64,000 bases of DNA from Mantamonas sphyraenae STR306 (GCA_026936335.1 JAPMXV010000015.1:62001-126000), one strand, 5' to 3'; positions 1 through 10,516 are shown, counted from the first letter of the stretch. The notes: generated by a model not told the origin, from the letters alone. Numbers and translations are program-made.

Positions 1-129
1 CCCGAACTGTGTCCCGCTGCCTACCAGGTCTACATGATGCGCAACACAGAGGCAAACATGCTGCGTGCCGTCCGTGCCCAGCTGCTTCCTGACGACTCCG
101 TTTCCGCGAGCGCCAGCAACACCACATAA
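1..129 (+). CDS. 3' end of an upstream gene (unknown product), truncated by the window edge
   Basis: Frame 1 is open from base 1 (PELCPAAYQVYMMRNTEANMLRAVRAQLLPDDSVSASASNTT) to TAA at 127-129 with coding-like codon use. Confidence 0.45.
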   Translation, partial: PELCPAAYQVYMMRNTEANMLRAVRAQLLPDDSVSASASNTT

Positions 130-278
130 AGCTCATCATGTTGGTGTCCTCCACTCACAATCACTGCATGCACGCATACACCCACCCACCCACCCACCCA
201 CACACGTGTGCCTCCCACAGGCCGTCTCACACCGTTCGCGTCACCTCTCATTTCAGGAAAACGACTGTGGTCGGAGGC

Positions 279-2603
279 ATGCTGGTGGCCACCATTCTCG
301 CCAGCCTGGTCATTGTCGTCGGCTGTGTGCTGTTTGTGCATCCGCTGAGTCCCAGCACACGCACGCCTGCCTCTATCAACCTCTTTGCCACAGACCCGAC
401 CTTTGTGGGCACCCACCTTGTCGCAAGCTTGTTGGTCCTCGCACGCAACTATTCCATACTCTACCTTCTCCACTTTGCTCTGTTTGAGTACAGGTCCGGC
501 CAACACGTGTTTGTCATCCTCCTGGCTGTCGTTCTCCCCGCCGCCGCGGCTGGTCTTCGCCTTGACGACACAGCCCTTGCCTACGTCGGCTTCCACATCT
601 CCACTGTCCCCTGGCGCGTCTACTCCCTTCTCTACGTCTATATCGTCGATGAAAACGCACGCCGCGTGCGCCGCAAGCTTGCACGTGTCCTGAACCCGAC
701 GCAACACGCGGGCCCGCCAAATCCGGCCGTTTCCAACTCATCCGCCGTCCTTGTCGAGCCCATGGGCCCTCTCGGCCTCTCTGCTTCTGCACATACAGCC
801 TCGACACAGTCGATGCGTGCCGAGCATAGCGAGATTCCCTCATCTGCCTCTGCTGTGGCTGCTGGACGTCCGCGAGTGCCCAGGCTTCCTCTTCCTGAGC
901 AGCCGCAGCAGCACGGGGTCGAGTCGTGGAGCCACCGTGACTTCTTTACACGTGTGCTTCCCTATCGCCGTGGCCACCGCTACTCTGACCAGCAGAAGCT
1001 GGAAACCATGCTGGGCATCGCCTGGAACAGGGAACTCCAGGTGGCCCTCAGAACCACCCATGACATGGAGCGCGTTGCTGCAGGCACTCGCCCCTCGCTC
1101 GCCTCCGTCACACGCAAAGTCATCCAATGGCGTCAGAACCTTGTGCCCGAACTCCTTGCCGATCCTGCAAACAGCCCAGCCAACGCCGCCCTCACCATCC
1201 TTGTCCTCCTCCTCGTCGCCGCCCAGTTCTACTTTGTCGCCTACACACCCACCAACCTCTATGGTCCTCTCAATGACCTTCAGCTCATCTCTGTTGCGTC
1301 CTACTTTGGTCTCTTTGCCCTCGGCTGGTCTGCTGTGCTCATCGCCACAAGCGCGGTCAACCCTTCCCGTGCGGTGCCCATCAACCTCACCTTTCCTGCC
1401 GTCATGGCATACTGTCACCAACTGTGCTTCATCATTGCCGGTGCTTCTGTGGCCCTCCACTACTTCAATGTCCTTTCCGATCCGGCCTCGCTCGTTCCCT
1501 GGCCGGCCATCGTCATGGCTACCTGGCAACTGCTGGCTCCATCCTGGACTCAGCTTGCTGTCGCCACCACCCGACACTTGGCTGTCGGCAAGAATGCCGT
1601 CCTCCTTCTGTTTCCCTTTCAGTTTGGCGAGCGCATCGTTCACAACCTCATGCTCCTCTCCTTGGCCATCCGTGCGGGTGCCTCCCTTCCAAACCTCCTT
1701 TCCAACTGGCTATTTTGGGTCGCAGCCGTGCTTCCAAGCATCCGAAATGCCATCAGCTGTGCTCTGTGGCTCCAGCCTCGTCTCTGGGCCCTCTACGGCA
1801 TCGATCCGGGCAAGCTTTTCTCCTGGAATCCTCGCCGTATCGGCGTGTATGCCATGTGGGCTTTCCAGAGCATGTTTGCAGAGACTGCTGCCTGCCTGTT
1901 TGCCTTTGCCTGGCCTCTGGTCGTGATTGCCTTCTCGTCGGCCGGCTCCGCTGCCTTTATTCAGGACCCTCTTGTCCAGCTGCAGGTGCTTACGCAGCTG
2001 CCCTCTGCTTCTCCCGACATCCTCACTGTGCTTGTCGCCTTTGGCGTCTCTTTGCTTCTCCAGGTGGCCGTGGTTCTCGTCGTGCTTCACCGCACCGCAC
2101 TCACTGTCCGCCACCTGGTCCACAGGGAGTGGCACATCCAGGCCATCATTGCTCGCACAGACCACTCGGATTGGTACGTGAACCCAAACCCTGTGCTCGC
2201 TCCCTCCAGACCTGTCCCCAAGAAGCAGGTAGATGAGCCCACGGACCTGCAGGTGGTTGATGTGGACGACGCCGACGAGGACGACGCCGAAATGGCCCAA
2301 CCCTCCTCGCCAGCCATCCGCCCGAAACACCACAGACATCACCAACGCGTCCAAGATCGCCCTCCGGTCGCCCGCAAGAATCCGCTCATTGCTCCTCCCG
2401 TGCGAGGAGTCGATGCAGCCGCACGCTCAGCCTCTGCCAAGCAGATTGTCGTCGATCCCTCCACGGGCGTCACTCCACATGTCATGGCCGACATTGTGTC
2501 CACCGCCATCACCCAGCATGCCCTCCTTTATGCTGCCTCCATGGTGTGGATCGCAGGAACTCTCTTTGTCGGCACCGTTCTTCAGGTTCCCCTGTTGTGG
2601 TGA
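279..2603 (+). CDS. Uncharacterised multi-pass membrane protein with two hydrophobic clusters separated by a soluble loop
   Basis: Long ORF 138..2603 with many hydrophobic segments. 138-257 is CA-rich and intron/UTR-like, so ATG 279 (MLVATILASL) is the preferred start. Confidence 0.7.
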   Translation: MLVATILASLVIVVGCVLFVHPLSPSTRTPASINLFATDPTFVGTHLVASLLVLARNYSILYLLHFALFEYRSGQHVFVILLAVVLPAAAAGLRLDDTALAYVGFHISTVPWRVYSLLYVYIVDENARRVRRKLARVLNPTQHAGPPNPAVSNSSAVLVEPMGPLGLSASAHTASTQSMRAEHSEIPSSASAVAAGRPRVPRLPLPEQPQQHGVESWSHRDFFTRVLPYRRGHRYSDQQKLETMLGIAWNRELQVALRTTHDMERVAAGTRPSLASVTRKVIQWRQNLVPELLADPANSPANAALTILVLLLVAAQFYFVAYTPTNLYGPLNDLQLISVASYFGLFALGWSAVLIATSAVNPSRAVPINLTFPAVMAYCHQLCFIIAGASVALHYFNVLSDPASLVPWPAIVMATWQLLAPSWTQLAVATTRHLAVGKNAVLLLFPFQFGERIVHNLMLLSLAIRAGASLPNLLSNWLFWVAAVLPSIRNAISCALWLQPRLWALYGIDPGKLFSWNPRRIGVYAMWAFQSMFAETAACLFAFAWPLVVIAFSSAGSAAFIQDPLVQLQVLTQLPSASPDILTVLVAFGVSLLLQVAVVLVVLHRTALTVRHLVHREWHIQAIIARTDHSDWYVNPNPVLAPSRPVPKKQVDEPTDLQVVDVDDADEDDAEMAQPSSPAIRPKHHRHHQRVQDRPPVARKNPLIAPPVRGVDAAARSASAKQIVVDPSTGVTPHVMADIVSTAITQHALLYAASMVWIAGTLFVGTVLQVPLLW

Positions 2604-2673
2604 GATCCATTTGACAATGCTGTGTGCGACAATCTTGCTCTTGTATACAATCCATTGGGGTTGCTCACGCCCC

Positions 2674-3765
2674 TCACGCCCCTCCCAACCCCCCCTTTGC
2701 CTTTGCCTTGCTCCGCTCCTTCTTGCGCTCCTCCTTCTCCTGAGCCTCCATCATTCGCCTCTCCTTGGCCTCTTCGTCCTCGTACACGTCAAACACCTGC
2801 AGGTTCGCCTCCTTCATGCGCGCTTCCAGATCGTGCTGGTTCGGCAGTTCCACCGACTTGAACATCTTGCGGAACAGCTTCTTCATGCCCCGGTCCGGCA
2901 CGTACTTCTGGTCCAGCGGATACAGTGCCACTCCCTTGCGAGACTTGCTCTCCACAGCAGCCACCTTGCGCTCGCGCACAAGGGCGTCGATGTCCGCCTC
3001 CACTCCTTGGTAGCAGTCTTGCAGGTCCTTCACCAGGTAGCCTTGTAGGTTGTCCACCTGATTCACCAGTTGGCACAGGTCTGCCTTGTTGTAGATAGGA
3101 TATGTGCCCTGTGCCGTGTCGTTGTGTTTCATGTCAGACCCGTGTCCATGCGTGAGTGTGTGTGCTCGAGCAGAGCGCAATGCGTTGCCTCCTTTCCGTC
3201 CGTCTCAGCTCCCGTCTCCCTTTCTCCACCGCCATCTCCCACATACCTTGTACTGGTACCTGCCACTTTCTGCGTCGTATGTGATTTTCATCGACGAACG
3301 CAGCCGTGCCAGCAGATCTGGGTTGTCCGTCAGGTCGGCCGTCGTTTTGCTCGTCAGCTCCTCCTCCGTGCACCATGCCGGCTGCACCTTTTTCAGATAC
3401 TGCGTCACAGCGTACATTTGCATGTTGACCGGCATGTGCTGGTTCTGGTAGTCCTGCCTTTGGATCCACTCGTACTGCTTCTTGACACTCATCTTCTTGC
3501 CCTTGTCCTTCTTGCCCTTCTTCTTCTCCTTTCTCTTGCTGCTGCTGTTGCTCAGTGCCTTGTCCAACGCACTCACTGTGCCCAGTTGTGCGAGCTGCGC
3601 CGCCTTCGGGGTGGCGCTTCCGCCGCTTTCGTTTGCACTCGTCGCCCCTTCCGTCCCACCCGTCCTCGCACGCTTGCTCTCCTGTTGCTCCCCTGCCGCT
3701 CCTACCTCGAACCCATCCTCAGCTCCGTCGTCCACCGCCTCTTCGCGTTTGCGTTTGCTCGACAT
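2674..3765 (-). CDS. GTF2E2: Transcription initiation factor IIE subunit beta, 2 exons (3765-3247, 3108-2674)
   Basis: Spliced product ...LLARLRSSMKITYDAESGRYQYK|GTYPIYNKADL...VKDLQDCY...LYPLDQKY...FRKMFKSVELP matches the TFIIE-beta winged-helix pattern. GTATGT...CAG intron in phase 0. Confidence 0.8.
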
Positions 3766-3804
3766 CGCCTGCCCCAGCACGCGCAACCACAAAAAGCAGT
3801 CCCC

Positions 3805-5049
3805 ATGGCCGCCACAGCCTGGAAATTCTGCCCCTTTGATGGCACCCCACTGCCTGCCTCGGGACAGTGTCTCCACTGCGGCGAGCAGGTGTACACGGCC
3901 GCACGCCACCTCGTGGCCTCGTCAGCAGGGCCGCAGCGTCCAAGCCTCTCGCAACCCTCCTCCTCCTCCTCCGGCCGCAGACAGTGGCGCAAGGTCCTCT
4001 ACGAACAGCAGGACTTTGACGACAATTACACCCACGAGAGCTTCCTTGCCCAACTGCAGACAAACGTCAACGTCACCGTCTACCAGTACCTGCCGCTGGT
4101 CAAAGGCAGCGCTGCCGTCACGCAGCAGCTGTGTCTCGCCGTTTGCCTGGCCATCGTATTCTATTATTCTGTCCACTCTCCGCACTCCTTTGACGTCTCC
4201 TTCATATTTGCCATGGACGTCGTTTTTGCCATCCTCGGCTACGCCCTGGGCATTCTCCTCTTCTACGAGGCCACCCCAGCCCAGCGAGCCCTCATGTTCC
4301 AGCACAAAGAGTCCCTCACGGCCACGGCCACATCGCAAGACCTCAAAAACACGTATGCAGAACCGTTGGACCTTGGGGACGCCATTGTGCTCATGGTCTT
4401 TAAGCACTCGCGCGCCTTCTTTGTCTTTGCCGTACTCATTGTCGCCCTCTCTCCCGTCCTTCGCACTCTCACGGGTTCCTACTCCAACGATACCATCTGG
4501 GCCCTAAGCATCTTTTTCATGCTCCTTCACCTCTACCTACACGACTACGGATACATCAACCAGAACAAGCGCCTCAAAATGAGCAGCAGCGGCCACATCT
4601 CCCTCAACGCTGCGCTCTTTGCCTCTGTGCTCCTGGCCTCCCGCATGCCCTCCAGCATGCACGTCTTTGCATTCATCACCCTCTCCATGGAGCTCTTTGC
4701 CCTGTTTCCCATTCTGCGTCGCCAGGTGCGCATCTACTCTCTCGACGTCCACCTCCAGCTCACTTTCATCATGTTTACCATTGCCTGCGCCATGCTCATG
4801 CCCATCAACAAGTTCCTCGCCGCCCTCTTTGTCACCACCGTCCTCTTCCTCACCTTTGTCGCCCCGTTCTGGCTCATCTGGATGCAACGTTTCAAAGAGT
4901 ACGTGTTCCTCGTCGTCCCACACGTCCCACCCCTCGGCAGCCACACTCACTCAACAACATACCACTTTCACACACCTCACAGCAAAATCAACGGACCGTG
5001 GGACGAAGCAAAGCTATCCAAGCGCAGCTCGGGTGCCCTTGGCGGATGA
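3805..5049 (+). CDS. PIGC: GPI-GlcNAc transferase subunit PIG-C/GPI2; 84-nt intron 4899-4982
   Basis: Motifs WRKVLYEQQDFDDNYT, LSPVLRTLT.SYSNDTIWA, ISLNAALFASVLLASR and KINGPWDEA. Confidence 0.93.
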   Translation: MAATAWKFCPFDGTPLPASGQCLHCGEQVYTAARHLVASSAGPQRPSLSQPSSSSSGRRQWRKVLYEQQDFDDNYTHESFLAQLQTNVNVTVYQYLPLVKGSAAVTQQLCLAVCLAIVFYYSVHSPHSFDVSFIFAMDVVFAILGYALGILLFYEATPAQRALMFQHKESLTATATSQDLKNTYAEPLDLGDAIVLMVFKHSRAFFVFAVLIVALSPVLRTLTGSYSNDTIWALSIFFMLLHLYLHDYGYINQNKRLKMSSSGHISLNAALFASVLLASRMPSSMHVFAFITLSMELFALFPILRRQVRIYSLDVHLQLTFIMFTIACAMLMPINKFLAALFVTTVLFLTFVAPFWLIWMQRFKEYVFLVVPHVPPLGSHTHSTTYHFHTPHSKINGPWDEAKLSKRSSGALGG

Positions 5050-5118
5050 ACTTCCATTGATGCTGATTGACAGCTGCTCTGTGTCCCCTTGCCCTGTTCA
5101 CTCTCTCTGCTCTCCCAC

Positions 5119-6005
5119 TCATTTGTTGAACGTCTTGGTGGCATCCGTGACGGCAGAGCTGCTGGACTTCATGAGCTTCTCGGAGATCTGGGTTGGCAGC
5201 TTCATGGCCGGCTTGAAGAGGTGCTTGTCGACCATACCCGAGCAGAACTTGCATGCTTCGACCAGGAAAGTGAGTGCACGTAGCCAGTACTCAAAGTACA
5301 CCTTGAGGAAGATGACAAAGAGGAAGGGCAGGATGCACACGATGGTGATGAGAGAGAACAGAGACGACAAGCTCACTGTCCACACCTCGGGCACAAAGAT
5401 TGCCGTGAAGCGCATAAACGCACTGTACACCTGAAAGAGCACAGAAATCGGTGTGATATCGTGCAGGTACAAGCCAAACAGAACCAGCAGCACCTTGAAC
5501 GCCACTCGCGCGTACCCGTACCACGCAGGCTCTTTCTTCTTGTTCGGGTCTGTGGTCAGGCAATCTGGGTCAGCATCACGTGCAAACTACACACAACTAC
5601 AGGTACATGCCATTTGCGTACCCCGTGCGACTTTGTGTGGCCACTGAGCGGGCTTCGGAGCTTTGACATCTGGCGAGCGCGCCAAGCGGGCAAACGGTCA
5701 CTCTCCCACACACCAGCGCAGGAGTCGCAGCACTGGCTCGTTCAACGGACAAGGAAACAAAGGCACAACGTACTATGCGGCCTAAGCGTGTACTCCTCGT
5801 CGGGAGTCAGGCTGCCGGAGATCATAAACACCTCCTTGTCGTTGTTTTCCAGCACGTACTCCATGTCCGTTTTCAGATCAAACGCTCGCAGGATCGTACG
5901 CTGCATGTCGTCCGACCGCGAGTCCTCGTAGTAGTTGAACTTGAGTGTTTTCTTCTTGTGGGTCACCCACATGGATTTTTTCGCTGCAACGCGCTTGTAG
6001 GACAT
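5119..6005 (-). CDS. Uncharacterised protein: soluble N-terminal domain plus 2-3 C-terminal TM helices; probably 3 exons
   Basis: ORF segments MSYKRVAAKK...EEYTLRPH and DCLTTDPNKKK...TKTFNK can be joined in frame through two GTACG-type donors and CAG acceptors with a short middle exon. Confidence 0.6.
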
Positions 6006-6105
6006 GGTGGTCGGTGGTCGGCAAAAGGTCGGCAAAAGATCTCCTGCCTCCGATGCCGCTTTCAAGCCCAATCGACCCAGATCCACCCGCGCGCACATTC
6101 ATTGC

Positions 6106-9015
6106 TCACTTTGGCTGCAACCACCACGACCGAATCTGCGTGGGCAACAACACATCCTGTACATCCTGGGCAGCCGGCATCGCGCCCACAGCACCCTCCC
6201 CGTCTGCCTTCCACTGCATGCGCTGGCTCATCTCTGCCACTGGGTACAGCATGCTCAGTGTACGTTCGTCTGCCTGCCGTTCCTGCACGCCAGCTGTGCT
6301 GAACCAGGTGCGCAGATCTCCGAGTGCCACCGGTGCGCTTGCGTTCCCTGCTCCCACGTTGCCCTCAACGCTCACCAGATGCTGTGCTCGCACGTACTCG
6401 CCCTGATTTTCGTCGCCATTGCGCACCTGAAGTGTCAGCAGATCCACATTTGCAGGCAATCCTGCGCCGCTCAGACCCGACCAGTGTGTGTGACAGGTGT
6501 TGTTCCAAGCGTGCACGCCGTCGCTGCTGACTCCCCACAGCAACATCGGTGCATGATTCACTTCCAGCATCCTCTGCATGCGCCTGCTGTCTGCCCCGTC
6601 CGCAGGCTCCAACACAAGCCACAGCGTGTCGTCCACGACGCTGTTGTCGTCCATGGCCTGGTGTGTGCCTGGGTCTGGCCAGTCCACCTCGCTGAATCGT
6701 CGATGAACCATCACTTCCAGCTGCCCAGGGACTCCGCTGGTCGCCCCGTGCGTTTGCTTCCCAAACAGCGTCAAACGATGAGCTCCTCCGTCTCCCTGCC
6801 CCTCCTCCTCGATGAACACCGTCGACACCATGGGATAGAAGTTGCCTGGTTTCAGTCTCCCGGCTTCGTACGTGCGTGCCTGCATCTGTACGCCGCTGTC
6901 GTCCGTGTGGAAACGTCCGATGGTCGAGTTCAGCGATGTCGTCCACACGCTCACCACGTCTGTGTTCAACGTGGGAGGGCCCACGTGCATCTGCACCTCC
7001 AGTGTGTCTGCACGCCCTTCCACAAGTCTGTACACCATCGCCAGCTTGCCCGAAGCGTGCGTCACGTGCAATTCCTGCACCACTGGCCCGCGCACAACTT
7101 CCACCTTGACGTCACTCTCGTCAAACGTCCGCCGCGTGTCGTCTCGCACACGGAAGATGTACGCGCCTCCTCGTTCACTCTCGTACTCTTCCACGGCGTG
7201 GTTCACTTTGATGCTGCGTTTGCTACGCTTGTTGGTGACGCTGAGCAGCGATCCACTTGCAGCGTCAAACGTCGCCTGCATCTCTGTGGTCTGCAGCACC
7301 ACACTCTCTGCATCTGTATCCTGCTTGTCATCCTCGGGTGTACCCTCCTTCTTGCTGCTGCTGCCATGGCCCACAAACACCGTCGTGAAGCCGACAGCGG
7401 GCACCTCGGGCACCTCCACCACCAGCTCCATACCTTCAGTGCTGTTTACACGGGGCACACAATGGGCGGGAAGCACATTGTCGTGGTTGTCACGCACCTC
7501 CAGCAACGTGCACGCGTCCCCAGAGACTGGAAAGCGCACCGATTGCCGCTCTCGCACTCGGGACAGACTGTTCCACACCACCAACGCGCCCACTGTGCCC
7601 GGGTGGGCCACCACCTGCTCCAGGACCTTTTGTGCCTCGCGTACAAGCTCCACTCCGGGGTGTTGTTTGCCACGTGGCAGCGCTTGGCCCATCACGCGCG
7701 TGCCGACAACGTCAAGATCTGCACTTGCCTCGTCAAGACGCTTCAGGTAGTCTGCGTACACGTCGTTTCGACACGTGCCCGTCACCGCATCGTGATGCGA
7801 CAGGATGCTGAGATTCCCACGCGCAAATGCCAGGTTCGTTGAGCAAAGGTGTGCCAAGTCGGGCACGCCACGTCCTTCCACACCTCCCCACCGTCCGAAA
7901 AGAACCACCATCTGCTCCACACTGCGTCGCACGGCGTTCAGCGCTCGCGTGCGTCCCTTGATCAGCGGCCGAGTGGTGAAGTACCCGCTCCAGTACGAAT
8001 CTGGCATCCATTCGTACGGAAACAGGTCACCGCTGTCGGGTCCACGCATGGGAAACACAGTGTCGGTGTCGTGCAGCGCTTCAAAGAATTCCTGTACGGT
8101 GCCAAACTGCAGGGTCATGTTGCCAAAGAGCTCCGGCCGCGCGTTGATGTACTCCAGCACAGGGGCCATGTTTGCAAACTGCAGCGTCGCATTCTGAAAC
8201 TCAAAGTCGCCTCCAAACGTCACCAGCAGCACGTTGCTCTTGTACTGCAGTGCTCGGGTGCTGAGCTGGAAATGAAGGTCGGCTGCACGCGGCCCAATGT
8301 TCTCTGGCGTGATGGGCGGCGTGTCCTTGTGGGAAAAATCAAAGCCAATGGGCGAGGAGTAGCCAAAGTCGAGGATGTGGACCAGGTTCTGGCCCAGCCA
8401 CCCGGGCAGGCTGTGCGACGCTCGCCAGACAAACTCCATGCCCTTGTGCGCACGCCATGAATCCTCCACAGAATAATCCACACGCCTGTACACCTGTGCG
8501 TTGAAGCCCATCTGCGCAAACATCTCCACCGTGAAAGAACTCATCCCAAACGGGTCAATCTGCCAGCCGTACTTGGGGCAATGCTCCCGTTCAAAGTGGT
8601 CCGCCAAGAAGTCGTGGCCCAGGGTCATCTGGTCCACGGCGTGGGCGTAATCCACGACACCCTCGTCGTTCATGGTCCATCCGCCCCCCAGCAACATCAG
8701 CTGGCCGTTGGACACAAGCTTCTGCAGGTTTGAAAGTCGTGCCGGGTCTTCACGCACATACTCGTGCAGCCAGTACGTCTCCACCCATTGGAACCGGTAG
8801 GAAGGGTGCTCCAGCAGATTTTGAACCACGGTGTCCAGAATGTTGCGCACCTCACTGTCGTAGTACTCGGTGGGCGTCTTGACGTAGCCAACATCGCAGT
8901 GAGCGTGCGGCACCACAAACACGCGCACGTTCTGAGCGTCGTTCGCGCTGGCCGTTGTCACAGCAACTGCAACGAGCAACACGCACACGCACACGCACGG
9001 TTGCAATCTCCCCAT
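6106..9015 (-). CDS. Lysosomal-type class II alpha-mannosidase (GH38), intronless, with signal peptide
   Basis: VVPHAHCDVGY, GGGWTMNDE, GWQIDPFG, YWSGYFTTRP, HHDAVTGT and GNFYPM motifs; hydrophobic signal after ATG 9015. Confidence 0.95.
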   Translation of the reverse strand: MGRLQPCVCVCVLLVAVAVTTASANDAQNVRVFVVPHAHCDVGYVKTPTEYYDSEVRNILDTVVQNLLEHPSYRFQWVETYWLHEYVREDPARLSNLQKLVSNGQLMLLGGGWTMNDEGVVDYAHAVDQMTLGHDFLADHFEREHCPKYGWQIDPFGMSSFTVEMFAQMGFNAQVYRRVDYSVEDSWRAHKGMEFVWRASHSLPGWLGQNLVHILDFGYSSPIGFDFSHKDTPPITPENIGPRAADLHFQLSTRALQYKSNVLLVTFGGDFEFQNATLQFANMAPVLEYINARPELFGNMTLQFGTVQEFFEALHDTDTVFPMRGPDSGDLFPYEWMPDSYWSGYFTTRPLIKGRTRALNAVRRSVEQMVVLFGRWGGVEGRGVPDLAHLCSTNLAFARGNLSILSHHDAVTGTCRNDVYADYLKRLDEASADLDVVGTRVMGQALPRGKQHPGVELVREAQKVLEQVVAHPGTVGALVVWNSLSRVRERQSVRFPVSGDACTLLEVRDNHDNVLPAHCVPRVNSTEGMELVVEVPEVPAVGFTTVFVGHGSSSKKEGTPEDDKQDTDAESVVLQTTEMQATFDAASGSLLSVTNKRSKRSIKVNHAVEEYESERGGAYIFRVRDDTRRTFDESDVKVEVVRGPVVQELHVTHASGKLAMVYRLVEGRADTLEVQMHVGPPTLNTDVVSVWTTSLNSTIGRFHTDDSGVQMQARTYEAGRLKPGNFYPMVSTVFIEEEGQGDGGAHRLTLFGKQTHGATSGVPGQLEVMVHRRFSEVDWPDPGTHQAMDDNSVVDDTLWLVLEPADGADSRRMQRMLEVNHAPMLLWGVSSDGVHAWNNTCHTHWSGLSGAGLPANVDLLTLQVRNGDENQGEYVRAQHLVSVEGNVGAGNASAPVALGDLRTWFSTAGVQERQADERTLSMLYPVAEMSQRMQWKADGEGAVGAMPAAQDVQDVLLPTQIRSWWLQPK

Positions 9016-9127
9016 TTTTGTTGTTGGCCTGGCCGCGCTCATCCACCCCAGAGCATCCCCCCGCCCCTCCCCCCACACACACATGCGAATCCATTGCCTC
9101 TCCTTCTCTCTGCTGGACGTGCACACC

Positions 9128-10516
9128 TCAATCCAGCGAGCTGACCAACAGGCTGGCCGAGCCCTGCAACTGGGCTTCGGCGAGACTGAGGCTCTTGTTG
9201 TCGTACACAGTGCGTGGAAAGTTGGAGACAAGGTTAAAGGCACGCACTCCCATGAGCGGTTCTCCGTCCTCATAGCTCTCGATCCAGTCGTACAGATGCT
9301 GCACACGGTCGGTTTCGGAAAACCGCCGAAGCAGCTTCTCCGAGTTCGGCAGCGTGACTAGGATGGCACACGCTTGTGGGTCGTCCTCGTCGGGCTCTTG
9401 CGGCAGTGCCTGTCGCTTGCGTTCCAAATTCGACAGGTGTTCCAGCCTTTCCCTCTCCTCCTGCTCCTTGGCCAACTCGGCCAACCTTGCCTCCTCCTCC
9501 AATCGCCTCTGCTCCTCCTCCGCCTCTCGCTTCTTGGCCCTGTCGCGCTCCAGCGACTCTTGGTACGCTCGATCCTGCTCCTCGCGCAGCAACCGGTCGC
9601 GTTCGCGCTCGTCGCGGTCAGCACGCGCGGCAATCAAGGAAGCCCCCGCTGTGTCCAGCACCTGCTCCAGAAAGGTGAGCATCTGGTCGTATGAAATGGC
9701 CCCTTCGCTGCGTGCGACAAAGCGAGTGCCCGAACCACCGCCCAGGTCGGCCAGGACGCCCAGATACGGGTACGACGCCACGTTGAGGCTGATGCTAACT
9801 TTGTACGCCTCAGCGTGCGAGATGTCGCCAGCCCAGAACACAAAGTTTTCGTCCACATACTCCTTGACGGCTTCGGTGTTGAGGGTATCTCTGCAGAACG
9901 CAGCCGTGTCTGCGTGAAGCGGAGAGTGCAGGTAAACCAGCAGCAAAGAACATTCCCTCTGCGCCGCCTGCAACGCCTGCTTGAATGAGCCCTCATACAC
10001 GCGCGGGTGCTCGTACCCGTATGTGCGTTCAAACTCTGACATGAACCGCATGGGTTCCAGCTGTCCTCCGTACTGCTGGCCGTCGTCGGAGAGGCCCAAC
10101 GTGGACAAGATTCCGCCCACCAGCGACGACAACGACCAACCGCCTCCCTGCGCCACTGCAGACCCAGGCCCGGCGTGACTGCTTCCACTGTTGCTGCTGC
10201 CGCCGTTGCTGCTGTTGCTGCTTGTTGTTGTGGTTGTTCGTGTGCCCTGTCCCAACGCCCCCGCCGACGCGTTGCTTGTGGACGTGGCGAGACCTGCTCC
10301 GCCTCCACCTGCGGCGCTTCCGCTGCTCTGCCTCGCCAGCTGGCCACGCTTCTTTTTGTCATCCTCCTCGTCCTCTGCATCTATGGATCGATTCTGGGAC
10401 GAAGAGCCCAGACCTCGATGCCGTTGTGTGGCCTGCTGCATGAGTGTTTTCGAACCGCGGCGTTTGTTTTGCTGCCACACACGCAGCCCCTCCTCCTCAA
10501 CAACCACTTGTCCCAT
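9128..10516 (-). CDS. UAS-UBX domain protein (FAF2/UBXD8-like p97/Cdc48 adaptor)
   Basis: LLVYLHSPLH..T..FCRDTL, FVFWAGD, YPYLGV (UAS); LREEQDRAYQESL coiled coil; RRF...LYDWI...SNFPR (UBX). Confidence 0.9.
   Translation of the reverse strand: MGQVVVEEEGLRVWQQNKRRGSKTLMQQATQRHRGLGSSSQNRSIDAEDEEDDKKKRGQLARQSSGSAAGGGGAGLATSTSNASAGALGQGTRTTTTTSSNSSNGGSSNSGSSHAGPGSAVAQGGGWSLSSLVGGILSTLGLSDDGQQYGGQLEPMRFMSEFERTYGYEHPRVYEGSFKQALQAAQRECSLLLVYLHSPLHADTAAFCRDTLNTEAVKEYVDENFVFWAGDISHAEAYKVSISLNVASYPYLGVLADLGGGSGTRFVARSEGAISYDQMLTFLEQVLDTAGASLIAARADRDERERDRLLREEQDRAYQESLERDRAKKREAEEEQRRLEEEARLAELAKEQEERERLEHLSNLERKRQALPQEPDEDDPQACAILVTLPNSEKLLRRFSETDRVQHLYDWIESYEDGEPLMGVRAFNLVSNFPRTVYDNKSLSLAEAQLQGSASLLVSSLD

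Noticed and set aside
2600-2700. Stop read-through or alternative genetic code at the TFIIE-beta C-terminus (GCGTGA repeats)
   Set aside because: TGA, TAA and TAG all act as normal stops elsewhere. An error in the C7 run could alter the terminus but cannot be judged here.
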